Below are positions 26,284 through 39,800 of a stretch of 64,000 bases of DNA, in pieces. Origin of the DNA: Monocercomonoides exilis PA203 (Eukaryota > Protista > Preaxostyla); contig LSRY02000036.1 in NCBI GenBank assembly GCA_001643675.2, positions 1-64,000 of the forward strand. Direction: 5' to 3'. The notes under the pieces are model-generated. The model saw only the letters and a program-made list of their open reading frames with translations, did not search any database and was not told the origin of the DNA. The translations under genes and the position numbers were made by a program. Within the stretch, counting starts at the first letter, position 1, and every line of letters starts with the position of its first letter.

Positions 26284-26421
26284 CTAGTTGTTGTGTATGC
26301 TTAGCTGGCACTCTATCGGAAGGGTGCTGGACATGACTGTTCGTATTAGATACTGCAGCCTTCGGGCTGCTTTATCCGGACCTGGATACGACGAACAGCC
26401 TCCCAGGTGCACAACAGTTAG
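26284..26421 (+). ncRNA. Putative multi-stem structured RNA element immediately 3' of the transposase stop codon
   Basis: Closing stem CTAGTTGTTGTGTA/TGCACAACAGTTAG; hairpin CTGGCACTCT/AGGGTGCTGG; stem CTGTTCGT/ACGAACAG enclosing GCAGCC-TTCG-GGCTGC and TATCCG/TGGATA. It has several G-U pairs and is GC-rich in an AT-rich context. Paired by hand; family not recognised. Confidence 0.6.
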
Positions 26422-27196
26422 AATCCGATTGTTTTCTTGTGCTTTTTGTCCCTATAATGTCCCTGTAATTAAATTGGTTATTGTCCCTATCATTATTGTA
26501 TATATCGAGATTCATTTATAGAGAGAGTTGTGAAGGAATTCATTGATCTTTGGGTGAGGTTTTTGGAAGGGAGAGTAGTTTAGAGTGTGAAGTGATGTTT
26601 TATCACTGTGTCTATCTTTTTTCTATGTTGAATTTGATCTTTTTGAGTCAAAGGAAGAGAAATATCAGAAAGTGTAGAGTGGATGGAAAACAGAAAGAAT
26701 ATTGAAAAGATAGTTTTTGAACTTTTTATATAAGTTTTCTTTTTTGTTTGGAATTGTCTATGATACCATGAATTTGTAGAAATAGTGCTATTTCTTCTTA
26801 TATTTTTATTGTTCAAAATTGTTGACATTTTGTTGACATTTGGTGATAGTTATATGATTATGTGATAGAATTCTGTTTTCTTGAAAGTTGCAGAATCTGA
26901 TAAAATATTTCTGACTGTTTTCAATTTTTTTAATGATTACTATCATGAAGTTCTTTTTGTTTTTTTATGTCATTTTGATTGTTGAACAATTGTTATTTTT
27001 TTATGTATTTTTTATTCATTTCACAAAGTTCATTTTTCCAAAATTTTGCAAAAAACAAAAACTGAACATATCAAACAAAATAATAAAAAATTGACTGCAA
27101 ATATAATTGAATATATATATAAATATATATTACAATATTAAATACAAAAACCAACAAAAAATTAACGTTTCATGATAATATGTCAATTAGTGAATC

Positions 27197-27703
27197 TCGA
27201 TCACAAAAGTGGTCACTAATTTTTCTTCAGATTTTGCAATAAACAGACATAAAAAGATGTGGGGAAGCGAACTGTGTGGAAATCTGAGAAAAAATTAGTG
27301 ACCACTTTTGTGATCGTCAGTCATTTCAATTTTCAGTTTAATTATAGTTTCGATCATTCAATGGATCAAATCTGATGAGAACCTTAATAAAAGTGTTTTT
27401 CTAAATGACTGACGATCACAAAAGTGGTCACTAATTTTTTCTCAGATTTCCACACAGTTCGCTTCCCCACATCTTTTTATGTCTGTTTATTGCAAAATCT
27501 GAAGAAAAATTAGTGACCACTTTTGTGATCGAGACTTTATATTTCGCACATTTTCGGGAAAATTCAATGTTTTTCTTATCTTTTGTATTTTTCCGATGCA
27601 TAAAAGTTATATGTGCAATTTATATATGAGTTTTTTTAACAATTGAACAATTCAATTTTTGAAAATATAAACCATATTCACATTATTTATTTCCATTGAA
27701 AAA
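27197..27703 (-). repeat. Right TIR of element A
   Basis: Reverse complement of 21563-22069. Confidence 0.95.
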
Positions 27704-29029
27704 AAGCTTCGAATAACTGCTGTCTGAATGAAAATTTCCTATGAAGACGGACAAGTTCGTGAATTGATTATCAGCATAAATGTGAGGAGTAATATGGCAT
27801 CATTCAGAAACACGTTTGATACTGCTTGCTTTTCAACGTCGAGTTTTAATTCAAAGGACCGCTGTCATTTTCTGATGGGACAATTATCTTATTTCAAATT
27901 CAAAATAATGGACATTTAAAGCTAATGACGGTTGTCAAATATCAAATGGAATTTGCGTCTTTAAGCTCTTCTTCTTTTTGTTGTTAAATGAAAGATGGAA
28001 GTGCTTTAGTATTTTAATTTGAATAAAGATGAGGATGTGAGTGAGCAAAGCAAGGAAGAGAAGAAAGGAAAATTAGAGGAATGTGGAAGCTTGAAGAAAA
28101 AGAAAAAAAGAAGAGGAAGAGTTGGATGAGCTAATGATTTGTCATCAGGAGGGTTGTCAATTTCATTGAAAAGCACGAGCGGAAAAGAAACATGTTTGAG
28201 AGTGATGGAAGTTGAACAACAACATCTGCAAATGCAGATGAGAAATTTGAATCGAATAACAAGCTCATTTTGAAAATAAGTACCATTACAAAGTTCTCAA
28301 GCCTGCGCTGTTTTTCGCATTGTCTGGGCGGATGCAACAGAAGTGAGTGAAGCTGCCTCGTGATGTTATACTTGATCTGTTACACATGAACAGATATTGA
28401 CGAAGGTGGTGGAAGCAGCAGAGGAGGAAAAGGGGTAGATGGAAATATCAGCAGGATCAATCGGTCTGCGTTCGATACTTCACTATCTGCGTCGAGTGGG
28501 ATAAACATTCTGGAGAAGAAGATCATAAAGCCCAAGGGGATTGCGAATGAAAAGCAGACGCAGTGCGTTTCACATGAGAAGAAGTTTGGAGAAGAGGAAT
28601 ATTTGGATGCGCTCAGTGTAGAAATCTTCGAAAGGCTGGCTAAAGAATCCTTCTGTCTTTGGTGCAACTTGGCTTTTTTCATACAAGATTGACAAGATTT
28701 TCAAAGAATAGAGAAATTTGGAAAGCAGAAAAGAATAAGGTGGAGGAGATTCTGATTTCAGATTGAGAAAAGAACAGAATTCCAAACAGATCGACTTTAG
28801 CAATAGCGAAGATCTGAAGCGATGTGGTGTGTTGAAATTTTTTTTTATAAAAACAAAGAATTATTATTATCATTATTATTTTATTGGTTTTGATATAATT
28901 TTTATATTCTTATATAAATTTTGAACTATTAGCTTTGAATTTTCTCTTTTTTTCCAGTGAAATGTAATTTTTTTGAAGGATTTATGTGTTGATTTCTATT
29001 GTCATTTTGTAAATGTGCTAATTGATAAT

Positions 29030-32000
29030 CTGCAGCGAATCGCTCACTGAACAACTTTTGTGGAGAAATCACTGAGGCGCTTTATCTTTCCAGTCTGTTT
29101 GGACTCACACAATCAGCAACCAAAAAGTTCTGTGCAAGAAGCGATGAAAGAGCAATTTTTCATTTAATAAGGTTTGCACTCTTTTTCGATAATTGTTATA
29201 ATTGTTTTAATCATATTTCTTATTTTTCTTTTTTAACTTATTCAAACTCTAATTTTTGTTTATTCAATCAATTAATACAAAAACATATGAACCATCTCTT
29301 TTTTTGTAATAATTTCATTCATCTTCTTCAAAGCGTGTGCAATGGGTCTCCTCCACGATCACCTACTACCGTTTGTGTCAGCATTGGAGTCAGAGCTGAT
29401 GAAAAAGACTGAACTGGGAACCATCTACCCCACCCTTGTTATTGCCTTTGTTGTCCCTGTGATACCGCTGACTGCCTCCTCTCCACATAGCCAGTATTCC
29501 TCTCCTCCAGGCTACTCGATATTTCTTCTCTTCATCCCCATTGCCTTCTTCATCTTCTTTTTTCTCAGATCAGCTATTCACCAATAGCTTCATCTCCACC
29601 TTGTTCGAGTTAGTAAAGCGCCCTTCATCCAAAGAAAACATCCTTTCATATTTCAAACAAAAGACCCCCTCCTCTTCAACTTCACCTCCAATTATCATCT
29701 GAATATATTTCTTCTCCATCACCCTCCAGATTTCCTTCTCATCTTCCTCTCAACAGTTCCATTTGGTATCGATACTTTGTATTAGCTCCCACTAAATGCG
29801 ATCTTGCTTATAACAATCTTTTTTAATGGTACTTCTTTTTTGTGCAACATCACAAGCACATCAAGAGCTTCCACGATCCATCAATATGTGGATTCTTGCA
29901 GATATTACACGTCTTTAAGTTCATAACAACGTTCTTCTTCTTTTTTGATGATTCTCCTCCTGCAAAAGGGACATCAACGAACTGATCGCTCTATTCTGCA
30001 CATCGTATTCAATCACTTTCACATCTGAAGCCCGCTCCCCAATCAAAAAAGTTGTCTCTTTCAAACTTATTACTCAATTTGCACCACTACTGCTGGACAT
30101 TTCAAGAACAGGTATTTATTAACAAAAATACAACAGACAAAAAAATGGAGTCTTTTGTATCATTTTTCTTCCATGGCAAACAACGACGTCGGATGACGTG
30201 TTGAAGAAATTTATGTTCCCATACGAAAAATTCATTGATGACTTGGCGGTTGGATAATGAAAGATAATGCCAGAGAATGAGAGAAAGAATGAGAGAGAAA
30301 AAGTGAAACGGAAAGAAAAGAAATTGAGAAGACTGAAGATGAAGACAAAGAGATGTTTACGAAGCAATGCAGATAAAATACCATTTTCTTCTTCTTCTTC
30401 TTCTTCTTCTTCTTTGTCTTCTTCTTCTTTTGATTCTTCAACATCGTCGTCAAAAATAGCAGAAGTCAAATTCCACAAGAAAGAAAACAGAGAAAACGAT
30501 TCATCTTCATCTTCATCTTCATGCGAACAGTCAGAGTGAATTCTTCACAAGAAAAAGCTGAAAAAGCAGAAATCAACGAAATCATCGAAGAGATCAAAAG
30601 TAAACATGCACCGCGTCTGCATCTTCCTGTGATCCTTCCCCCATAAGAAGCAACTCTTCAGAATCCGTCTTATGTGCCTCGAAGACAAAGACAGAGAAAA
30701 AGCAATCAAAATTCAAAGCAAACATTTTTGACTAATTCAACTGCTGGCATTGGCACAGGAACAGGAACATCTCCTTCTTCATTGCCCAATGTGTTTTTTC
30801 TTTCTCTTCCTCAGTAATCTCCTTCACCCTCTCCTTCATCTTCCTCTTCTTCCTCTTCCTCTTCCTCATCTGTTCCAACAGTAACTGACCTTTCTCTCCA
30901 CCCCAAACCACCTCATCGTTCTGAGATTGCCATGGCTCGCCGCATAAGAGCTATGCGCCCGATGCTCTGCCTACGCTATCTCAACCGATGTGCACAAGTG
31001 GATTCAGCATCAATCTCATCGCGCGCTTCTCATTCTTCTTCCTCCTCGTTTCTTCTCTCTTCTAGAAACAAATTCCTGACATAAAAAGAGCAGCAGATGA
31101 GGAGGATGAGGCAGCAGTTCGGAAGAAGAAGGAAAAGACAATATTTTGTTCCACCTCCCGACATGTTTGATGCGATACAACTGTTTGCGAAGTTTCGGAC
31201 GGTAAAGTGGTTTGTTGAGAATCTGGAGAAGAGGAAGAGAGAAAGAGAGAGAGCGAAGGAAAGAGAGAGAGAAACAAGGAACGAGAGAAGAGAGGAAAGA
31301 AGAATTAGAGAACTGATAAAGATGAGGAAGGCATTGAAGCTCGAAAATGACAGAGATAACAATGATGATGAAAATGAAAATAAAGTGAAAGCAGAAGAAA
31401 ACGAGAGTTTATCATTGATTAGAAAAGATTCTTGGAAGGAACCGAAGTGAAATGAAGAAAGCGAATGCCTTTACGACAGCTCCATAGTCAGAGATGAAGA
31501 AGAGCGAAGAGGGAAGAGACGTAAACAGAGAGAGAGAAACAGAGGTTGATGCGAAGGAATTACCAAGCGCTTGAGCTTCAACGTGATTCTGTTGTGAATG
31601 AAGTGCTTTTGATGGTCAGACCAAACCTGCTGCTTTCTCCAGCGCCGATTGTCGAGTCGATAAAAAGACCAGGAATGAGCGTGAATGCTGCAAAAAGTGA
31701 AGGAGATGATAAAGAAGGTGAGAAGGAAGAGAAAGAAACAACAAATTCTGGAAATGGAAACGGAAACAGGGAAGAAGTTGAAGGCAATGCAGATGAAGGA
31801 AAAGATGAAAATCAAAAAGTGATTTTGGAGGATTCAATGAACAACCCCAAAGAAGCTGCTTCAAAAGCAAAGAAAATAAAACAGAAGCAGAAAAGAATAC
31901 AAACACAAAAGAGTCTATTCAAAATAACAAAAAAGGCGAAACGAATTATAATGAGCCAAAACCAGAGCCTCTTTCATTGCAAAAGCATCAAAAACAACTT

Positions 32001-33363
32001 CCTCTCTCCCACCTTCACCTTCTCCACAGCCTAAACAATATCCTTCAGGAAGAGGCGCCTTTGGAACGATGCACTTTACACGAGGGAAGTGTATGGACGG
32101 AGGATGGAGAGGAGTTGGAGGGAGAGCTTTGATTGCGTACAGCCAAGAGATGGAGATGGGAAGAGGAGCTGTTGGTACACCTACAACTCCGCTGTCACCT
32201 GTTGTTGTTGGAGAAGGAGGAGAAGTGGTGATGTTGGCCGTGATGGGGATGAAGGATTTGAACAAAGAAATGGCAAAGGCGATGCAAGATGAGTTTCACA
32301 ATGAGAAAGGGAAAGTGTACGATGAAGAAGCGAAGATCATATTCGGTTCATTGGAATCTGATGATCAGAGAGAAAAACTGCTTCGGCTGATGAAACAACA
32401 GGAAATACAGAAAAAGAGGAATGAGAAAGAAGAGAAAGAGAGGAGGAGAAAGAAGAAAAAGACAAAAATCTGTAAAGAAGAATCAAAGGAATACTGCAAC
32501 CTTACATTGAGACAGGCACGCCAACCAACAAGAAGGAGAACAAAATGGCAAGTGAGGCGCAAAAAGAGGCGAAAGAAAGCCAAACGCCAATTTTGACAAG
32601 AGAGCGGAAATTGGACTGCATACTGAATGATTTAGCTTATTATGACTTTGAAGATTTGAGCGATGAATTGGATGTGCCCTGCCGTTATGTGCGTATCAAA
32701 AGCGAGGAAAACGGGCAATTTGTGTGGAAGTTACAGGAAGTGTCTGTGTAAGCGGCAGTCGACGCGAGACAGTCAAGAACGCGGTTGGATCTGATGAGCG
32801 CACTGAAAAGCGGGCTGAGGCAGAGCCGAGCGGAGTTGAGAAGAGGAAACAGAAGAAACGCACAGAAAGGGAAAGAAATGAGCAAGGAAAGGATCGCCTC
32901 TGCTGTTTCAGAAGGAGAAAGGGATAAGAACATTCAGTCAGAGCCGCATGCCTGGGAGAAGAGATGAGCTTTCATTCTCATAATTAGCGTCTTTCTCCGA
33001 GTCGCAGAATTCAATGGTGATGGATTTGATGAAGAAATATTCTGCACTCAATTTGATTGCGCCTTTTGATTCAGCTGCTGATCTTGCTGTAAATGCAAAC
33101 ATTGCTCTTCATCCTCTTTCTCATTGAACTTCATCACTTGTCAATTCGTCCTTGTTTATGAACATCAAACAGCAATCTTCTCCTTCTCTCAGAACATCTT
33201 TATCTCCTTCACTGCAATTCCAAGCTAAACTTCTATCTTCTGCTAGTCCTGCTGATCCTGGTTCACTTTCTCCACTTTCACTATCAGCTCTATCTTCGTC
33301 TCCTTCTCTTTCATTCAATCGCCCTCATATTGAACAGATATTTTCGCCTTCAACATCAAATTG
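29030..33363 (+). pseudogene. Decayed multi-exon host gene(s) with low-complexity charged/Ser-rich segments; product unknown
   Basis: A chain of short protein-like + strand ORFs separated by stops and frameshifts, with intron-like AT-rich segments (e.g. ~29172-29332). No family recognised. Confidence 0.3.
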
Positions 33364-33759
33364 AAAATACAAAAAGATATTATTTTCTCTCACAGAGTAT
33401 AAACCAAAATAAAAACACCTATTAAGCGAACGCAATTCTGATCGGTCAAAATCGGAGCAGAAGGTACAAAGCAGAAAACAGAGATCGAATCTGACTTTTT
33501 TTCATTTGGAAGATGAAAGAATTACATGAAACAGAAAGAACAAAGTGGGAAAAGATATTTTTTAGCAAACAGTTGCAGGGATGATTTTTGAGAGATTTCA
33601 CAAGGTCACATGCCTTCAATAAGTCGCTGAAGATGAAATGGGAGAGGAAATATTAAAGAGATATAAATTTTTGAGTGGATGTCAAGGGTTTTTAAAAGCA
33701 AGTGATGGAACATGCACCAATTGAAAAAGCTATGATAGCTTATAATTTTTTTATGATAT

Positions 33760-33848
33760 GGGTATTTTTTTTTGAAAAGTCACAAAATATTAATTGATCT
33801 GAAAATCAGATCACAAATGATCAGAAAATGTTGATCATTCCGTTACCA
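33760..33848 (+). repeat. Left TIR of element B
   Basis: GGGTATTTTTTTTTGAAAAGTCACAAAA...CCGTTACCA is the reverse complement of 48605-48693. Confidence 0.93.
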
Positions 33849-36800
33849 TCATTTATTGCTGAATGTTATTCTTTCCAGTTTTGTCACCTTATCCCCGAAT
33901 ATTGCGGTTCATTAAAACAGATTTCATACATTATTTTCACTGTCAAATCATATAAATGTTATTAAATATTGCTTTTTCTTGTTTTTTGTAGCAACTTAAT
34001 AATTTGTTCATATCTCTTTGTTTTCATTTCAACTGTTCAAGTCTACGTTTTGATTTTGCGAATGGAGACTTCTTTTTCAGTATTTTCCTATATTGAAAGA
34101 TAAATAGATTTTAACTTGCTTTAATTTGAATATTTTATCAGAAATTATTAAAAAAGAAAATTTCATCGATACTGTCCTCGTTGCAATTAACAGAAATTCA
34201 AAAAATTGTTAATACAGAGCAGTTATTAATGTTATTGTAAAAAATTGAAGTTAGATATGTTAATTTTCAAAATAAATCACCATTTATAACAAACTATAAA
34301 AAACAATCTTTTCTCTTATTTTGATTCATACAGTTTGTATCATCAAATTTCTTTCACCTCAGAATGTGCCTTTTCCTTCTCCCTTCCATTTTATATTGAC
34401 ACATTATATAAAAATATCTTGCCACTATCTTTTCAAATAGCATAAAATAAGTAGGTTTTTTCTGCTGGTCGACAATTCTGATGCAAATGTGAATGCTATC
34501 AGCTCTTCGGGTGGAACTTCTGGCTGACATTATAGGAAATGTCTCATCAAACTTCTTGTTGCGCAGCCAGTTAAGCAGTCGTCTCTTCGATCAGCTCCTT
34601 CGTCTTCTTCAATTTCATAAATTGGATCAGCACTCCGATCAACTTCGCAATTCCGGAGGAGGAGAAGCACAGAGAAAAAAGCGGCAGGAGATGATCAGCC
34701 ATCATCTTCGTCATCAGCACATTTGATTGACCCTTCGGATGCATCGGAGGTGGCGGCATCATACACGTCGGCAGCTGGGGTGTATGAAAATCACAAGAAG
34801 TCGTTGCTGAGAGAGCATCAGACTCCTTGAGGGATATGCTGTTATGTGTCAGGCGGTGTTGCGTGGGGGTGTTGTGTGTGCGTACGATGTCGCGCTTTTG
34901 GAGATGCTTTCGGTTCCGCTGATGGCGCCACTTCCATCGCTTGCAGCTTCGGTGAACACGAAGTCGGGGAGCAAGCGGATCTTTGCGGCAGCAGATGTGA
35001 TTGCGTTCCCGTCGATCTACGATCTGTTTGACCCGTCGCTGCTTCCGTCGGCGATAGCGCGTCTGGTGTCGCGATCGCCGCAGTTGAGGCGTGTGGAGAT
35101 GAAGTTTGAAAACAAAGTAATAAATGTGCAAAGTTGGAGAAATTGCGGAGAAGGAATTGGAGGAAGAGGGAGGATGAGAATGGAAGATGTGTTCTGTCAC
35201 CTGCAGCGATTGAGCTAGCGGTGCTGGAGGAGCACGAAGAGGCGAGGAAGGAGAAAGGGGGACAAAGAGGGAGAAGAAAAGGGAGAAGAAGATGGAGGGA
35301 GAGAGGTGTTGAAGAATAAAATAAGCAAAAAGAGACCAAGATGTAGATGGAGAAGAGGCATGCAGAGTTCTTCATGCTTCTGTATAAGATCCGAGACACG
35401 AGACTATTTCGAATCCGATGATGGAAACGCAGATGCAATTATGTTTCCAGTGTTTCAACTGAATAATTGAAGCGGAGGAGCAGCTTATCGGAAAAAGACG
35501 ATGAAGATGGGATCTGATGTGATATGCTGGGGAGATCCATCGATTTCATCACAGAAACATTCTCATCATCATTTTGTGGGGCTTGTTGAAGCGATGCGAA
35601 TGATGAAATGGAACCTTTTTTCTTTCTGAACTTTTAGCTGCCAATGCAGCCATAGCTGTAGCTGCGGATCTTTTTAGATGTATTCTAGTTGTCTGTGTTC
35701 CGTCTTCCATCATTTGATTCGGTGCTGGGGATGTGAGTCATCGTTACTACTTTCACACGATGCACTTGAGCCAACCGGATGAATACAATGTGGCTGACTG
35801 GAAAGTGCTTCAGATGCAGTTTGATTTCAGAGCGATTTGATTAGGCAAAGAGTTGGAGCTCGATGAAACGGTCTGAAAGAAATTTTCGAAGGAATCGTAG
35901 GTGAAGTCGTACAGGTAAAATTGAGGTTGGACTGAAGCTGAGAGTGAAGGTTTTGAGAAATAGGAGGTGGAGAAGAAAAGATGTGTTGTAGGCATTGTTT
36001 CGGATGAAGTGTATGCTGGCATATCTGGTGGAGCTGTTAGGGCTGCAGATGAATTGAAATTAAGTGGAAGATGCGATATGATTTTGGCTGCCACTTGAGG
36101 ACGGCAGCGCGTGATGCAATTCGCAAAGCGATAAATTGACAGATGAAGATGTTGAAAAAGCATACGTCTTGTCATGCTTCATCAACATCTTCTGCTTCTG
36201 CTTCTTCAGCACAACACAAACAGGTTCCGAGTGAGAAAGCCTTTGAGTGTGCATTTGAAGAGATAGATCATTCAATTTATCTATCCACATTTTCATCAGC
36301 TTTGCCATTTTCATCACATAAATCTTCTTTTTCTTATTCTTCCTCTTCTTCCAATCTTACCGATTCTGATTTTTGCTTATTCTTTGAGAAATAAATTGTA
36401 TTTTTTTCTGCATTTCCTTCCGTTCCGTCAATTATCCTTTTTTCATCTTCCATTTCCTGTTTATTATCACCTTCATTTTCTTTCATAGTACTTATCGCTC
36501 TAAGCAAGCATTTCAATAATCTTGATACGTGTTGTCTTCTTTTAACATATTTCATTTCAAATGAAGGAAAAAGAGAATAAGAAGAGGAAGAATTAATAAA
36601 AGAAGAAGAAGAAGAAGCTCTTAGCGATGAAGCAACATTTCCTGTGTTCAACATGCAAGACGAGCGTCTGACAATCGACTGAATTTCTTCAAACAGCTTG
36701 TTCCCTCTGGGAACTATTCATTTGGAAAAATAATACACAGTATTCGTCTTCTCTTTTGGCTTTCTTCTTCGATTTCTTCTTTTTGTCAGGCATTTTTTTG

Positions 36801-39800
36801 TGGAAGATATCCAAAAAGAGCATTTGAAGTACCTTCAGAGCAGTTTGACCAAAAGATCACGTTAATTGAGATTGAAAGTTATTTCATTCTGTGCAAAATT
36901 GAATCCTTCTGATGCGATGTGTCTTGCAGCTTGCAATTAGACAATTTCCAGTTTGTGTGAATTCTTTCGATCGACGAACACATTCATAATTATTTCCTCT
37001 TTCATCATCTGCTGCTCGATCCATACAAGCATTCTCTCCATCCATCTCTCACTCCTTTTCTTCTTCTTGCATGTGTGCCTCCTTTTGTGATGCTAGTGAA
37101 GCGGTGCAGCCAGTTGCGAATCGAGAGAAAGAGTTCAACAAGATAAAATTCCAGTGAGTGAATTATTTAAGGTTGCTGTGTAGATCTTATGGTAAATGAA
37201 AGTGTGCTGATCGACAGGCTCGAGCTCAATCATCATGTTGCTATGCGTGAAACCGGTTTGATGTGATCTTGTTCTTTAGCTTGTCAAATAAACAGATGAA
37301 TGCTTCTGAATGGACATCTGCATTCGTGCTGGCTGCTGAGCGAGTAAAGGCTTTCTTACCCTTCTCCATCTTCTCCACAGCTTGTAACAACTGTTGGTTT
37401 TGATTTTGCATCAGTCTTTGTCTTTAGTTCTGATTCGTAACCATCTTCTGCGTAAGCTTTTGCTTTTTCTTCTTCTTTTTTGTTTGCTTGTTAATCAGTT
37501 TCCGTTATTACTCAATTTTTATTCTCTCCTTTTTGAGTGTAGAGCACTTTGAAGAAGAGGGGATTGTTGACAGGCTGAGGCATGGAGTTCAAAGGAGGTT
37601 ACGAATGAGAAAAAAGGAAGAAGCTGGTAGATGAGAGAGAAGATGTCAGAGAAGAGGAAGAGGAAGGACAGATTTTGGTTGTTGAATTTTTGCATAGTGT
37701 ACATGCTCATCCAAGGAGTGTGACACTTGTTTTTGTTATTCGTTTGGAAGCAAGCGGGACAATCATTTTATGATAAAAGTGATTGGAGAGAAGAAGGAGA
37801 TGCGTGTAGAGTGGGAGGGGTTTGTGGGGAAGACAATTGTAAAAAGGATAATACAATAGGACGGTGAGATGTGTGTCACGTTTATTGGGGAGAGGCTGTT
37901 TTGGAGGAGAGAGTTGAGAAGAGAAGTGGGAGAAAAAGAGAGAGGAGATTGTTTATTGAAGAGAGATGAGTGAAAAGTGAAAAGTCTGGTGCAGAATTTG
38001 CGTTTGACATTTGATGGGAAAATGTTTATTTTCAATTCGGACACACAGAGAGAGAGACGATAGACGAGTTTGCTGCAATTGAAGATGCTGTGATTCATTA
38101 ATGTTTTCCGTTGATATTGAAATGAAAATGAAGTGTGTAATCTGCCGAGTCTATAACAAGGAATGGACGATTTGGTTGTTAACTCTAGCATATTCGATGT
38201 TTGCCAAGAAGAGAATTAAATATCGGATCTGTCCAAGGAATCGTTCTGGGTATCAAATAGTTGCATCATCTGCGTTCCGTAAGATGTTAAGTCTTCTTCG
38301 GGTTGATTTAGATGTTTTCTTTTCTATTTTTCTTCTTCTGCGCAATGTGGAACTGCTGGTTCTGTCGCCTACAGCGATTGCGCTGAATTTGCCGGAAGAA
38401 AGATAAGAAGAAGAAGAAGTTGGAAAGGAAAAGGAGGCGAAGTGGATGAGTGGGCTGGCAGAGCAGCTGTAGGAGAAGGATAAGATCATCTGAGATGAAT
38501 CAGAGGAAGATTCCGGAGCTGAGCGAGAAGCACAACACAGAGGTGAAAGAAGTGAAGCAGGTGAAGGAGAAGAAGTGCTGGGCTCAGCAAAGAGGAGTGG
38601 TGAGCGTGGATGGCAAGCGGAAACTTGTGGGTTGGGAGGTTACAATTTCCATATCTTCTTCATTAATTTATGCGTATGGCTGGCGGTTCCATCTTTGATT
38701 TCCTTGATACTGCCGTTGGGGCTGCGTGAAAAGTGCATGTGCTGACGACAAGCAAGCAGAAGATGCTGTTCAAGGAGTCAATTGAGAAGCAGAAGTCAGA
38801 GATTGCGCAAAAGAAGCATGAGATAATCAAAATGAAGGCGTTGTATGAAGAGACAATGGAATATCTGGCTGGGCAGGTGAAGGTGCTGGAAGAGAAGACG
38901 GGGAGTGGAAAATTTGTTAGTGGAAGGGAAGGTGTGACAGAGGAGAAATGGGTCAGTGCGAAGGATGGGTCGAGGATAAAAAGGAGGAGGAACAGAAACG
39001 GAGGCGGAGAACATTAGGAAGCGGAGGAGGGTGAAAATGAAGAAGAAAGAGATGCATGTGCGCTGTGTGAGATTCTGGTGTTGCCGTGAAAAGAACCGAA
39101 GAGAAAGGACGAAGATTGGATGTCAACAGAAGTACCAATAGAAGTAAATAAAAAGGAAGGGAAGACGAGTGTTGTGCAGCGGCTGCATACGCTTCTTAAG
39201 CAGAAGACTAACCGCAGAGACTGTGAAGAGTCGGAGTGGATTGTGAAGTTGTTGAGTGTAACGGGGTTGAGAAATCTGATACAGGTGGTGAATCTTTACT
39301 GGAAGTACAGATGATGATGGAGCATCCGATAAAAACGGTCTCTGTTCCGATGGTGTATGTGGAATACGAAGCGATGCATGCGTTTCGGTTGCCACAAACG
39401 CGGAGGTCGTCAGTTCCGATGCAGATGCTGCTGATGCCGCTAAAGACAGGGCTGCGACAGAAGCTGGCGCGGACGCAGTCGATGATCCAGGGAATATTTA
39501 GAGACAAGATAGCGGCAGACCTGGGCAATGGCAGCGCTGGGTGGGAAGGTGTGGTGCTTCCAAGGCAGGTCCATGTGGACTTTATTCATATACGACTGGG
39601 GGAGAAATTCTCGGAGAAATTGAAGAAAGAGGTAGTGCGGTTGGCGAGGATGCATGGGGAAGAACTGTTCCGGAAGGACTTGCTGAGATGGAGCAGTTTG
39701 GGGAATTTGTGCAGAAGGAGTAAACTGGAGGTGAAATGCAGTTTTCCTAACAACTTGACGGTGCTTGAAGTTGTATCGAGAAAAAATTGAAGTGTCTTTT

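Larger units (their letters stand above)
21563..27703 (+). mobile_element. DNA transposon copy A (Sola-like), ~6.1 kb, encoding a USP-transposase fusion; degenerate
   Basis: 507-bp terminal inverted repeats enclose a spliced gene with USP and transposase motifs. The true termini may be GG at 21572 and CC at 27694. Confidence 0.9.

Noticed and set aside
24231-26421. Selenocysteine recoding (TGA at the second Cys of CxxC, with the 3' stem-loop as a SECIS)
   Set aside because: The ATGA at 26333 lacks the opposing GA needed for a SECIS core. The same gene also has a TAA, a frameshift and a catalytic D>Y change, so ordinary decay is the simpler explanation.
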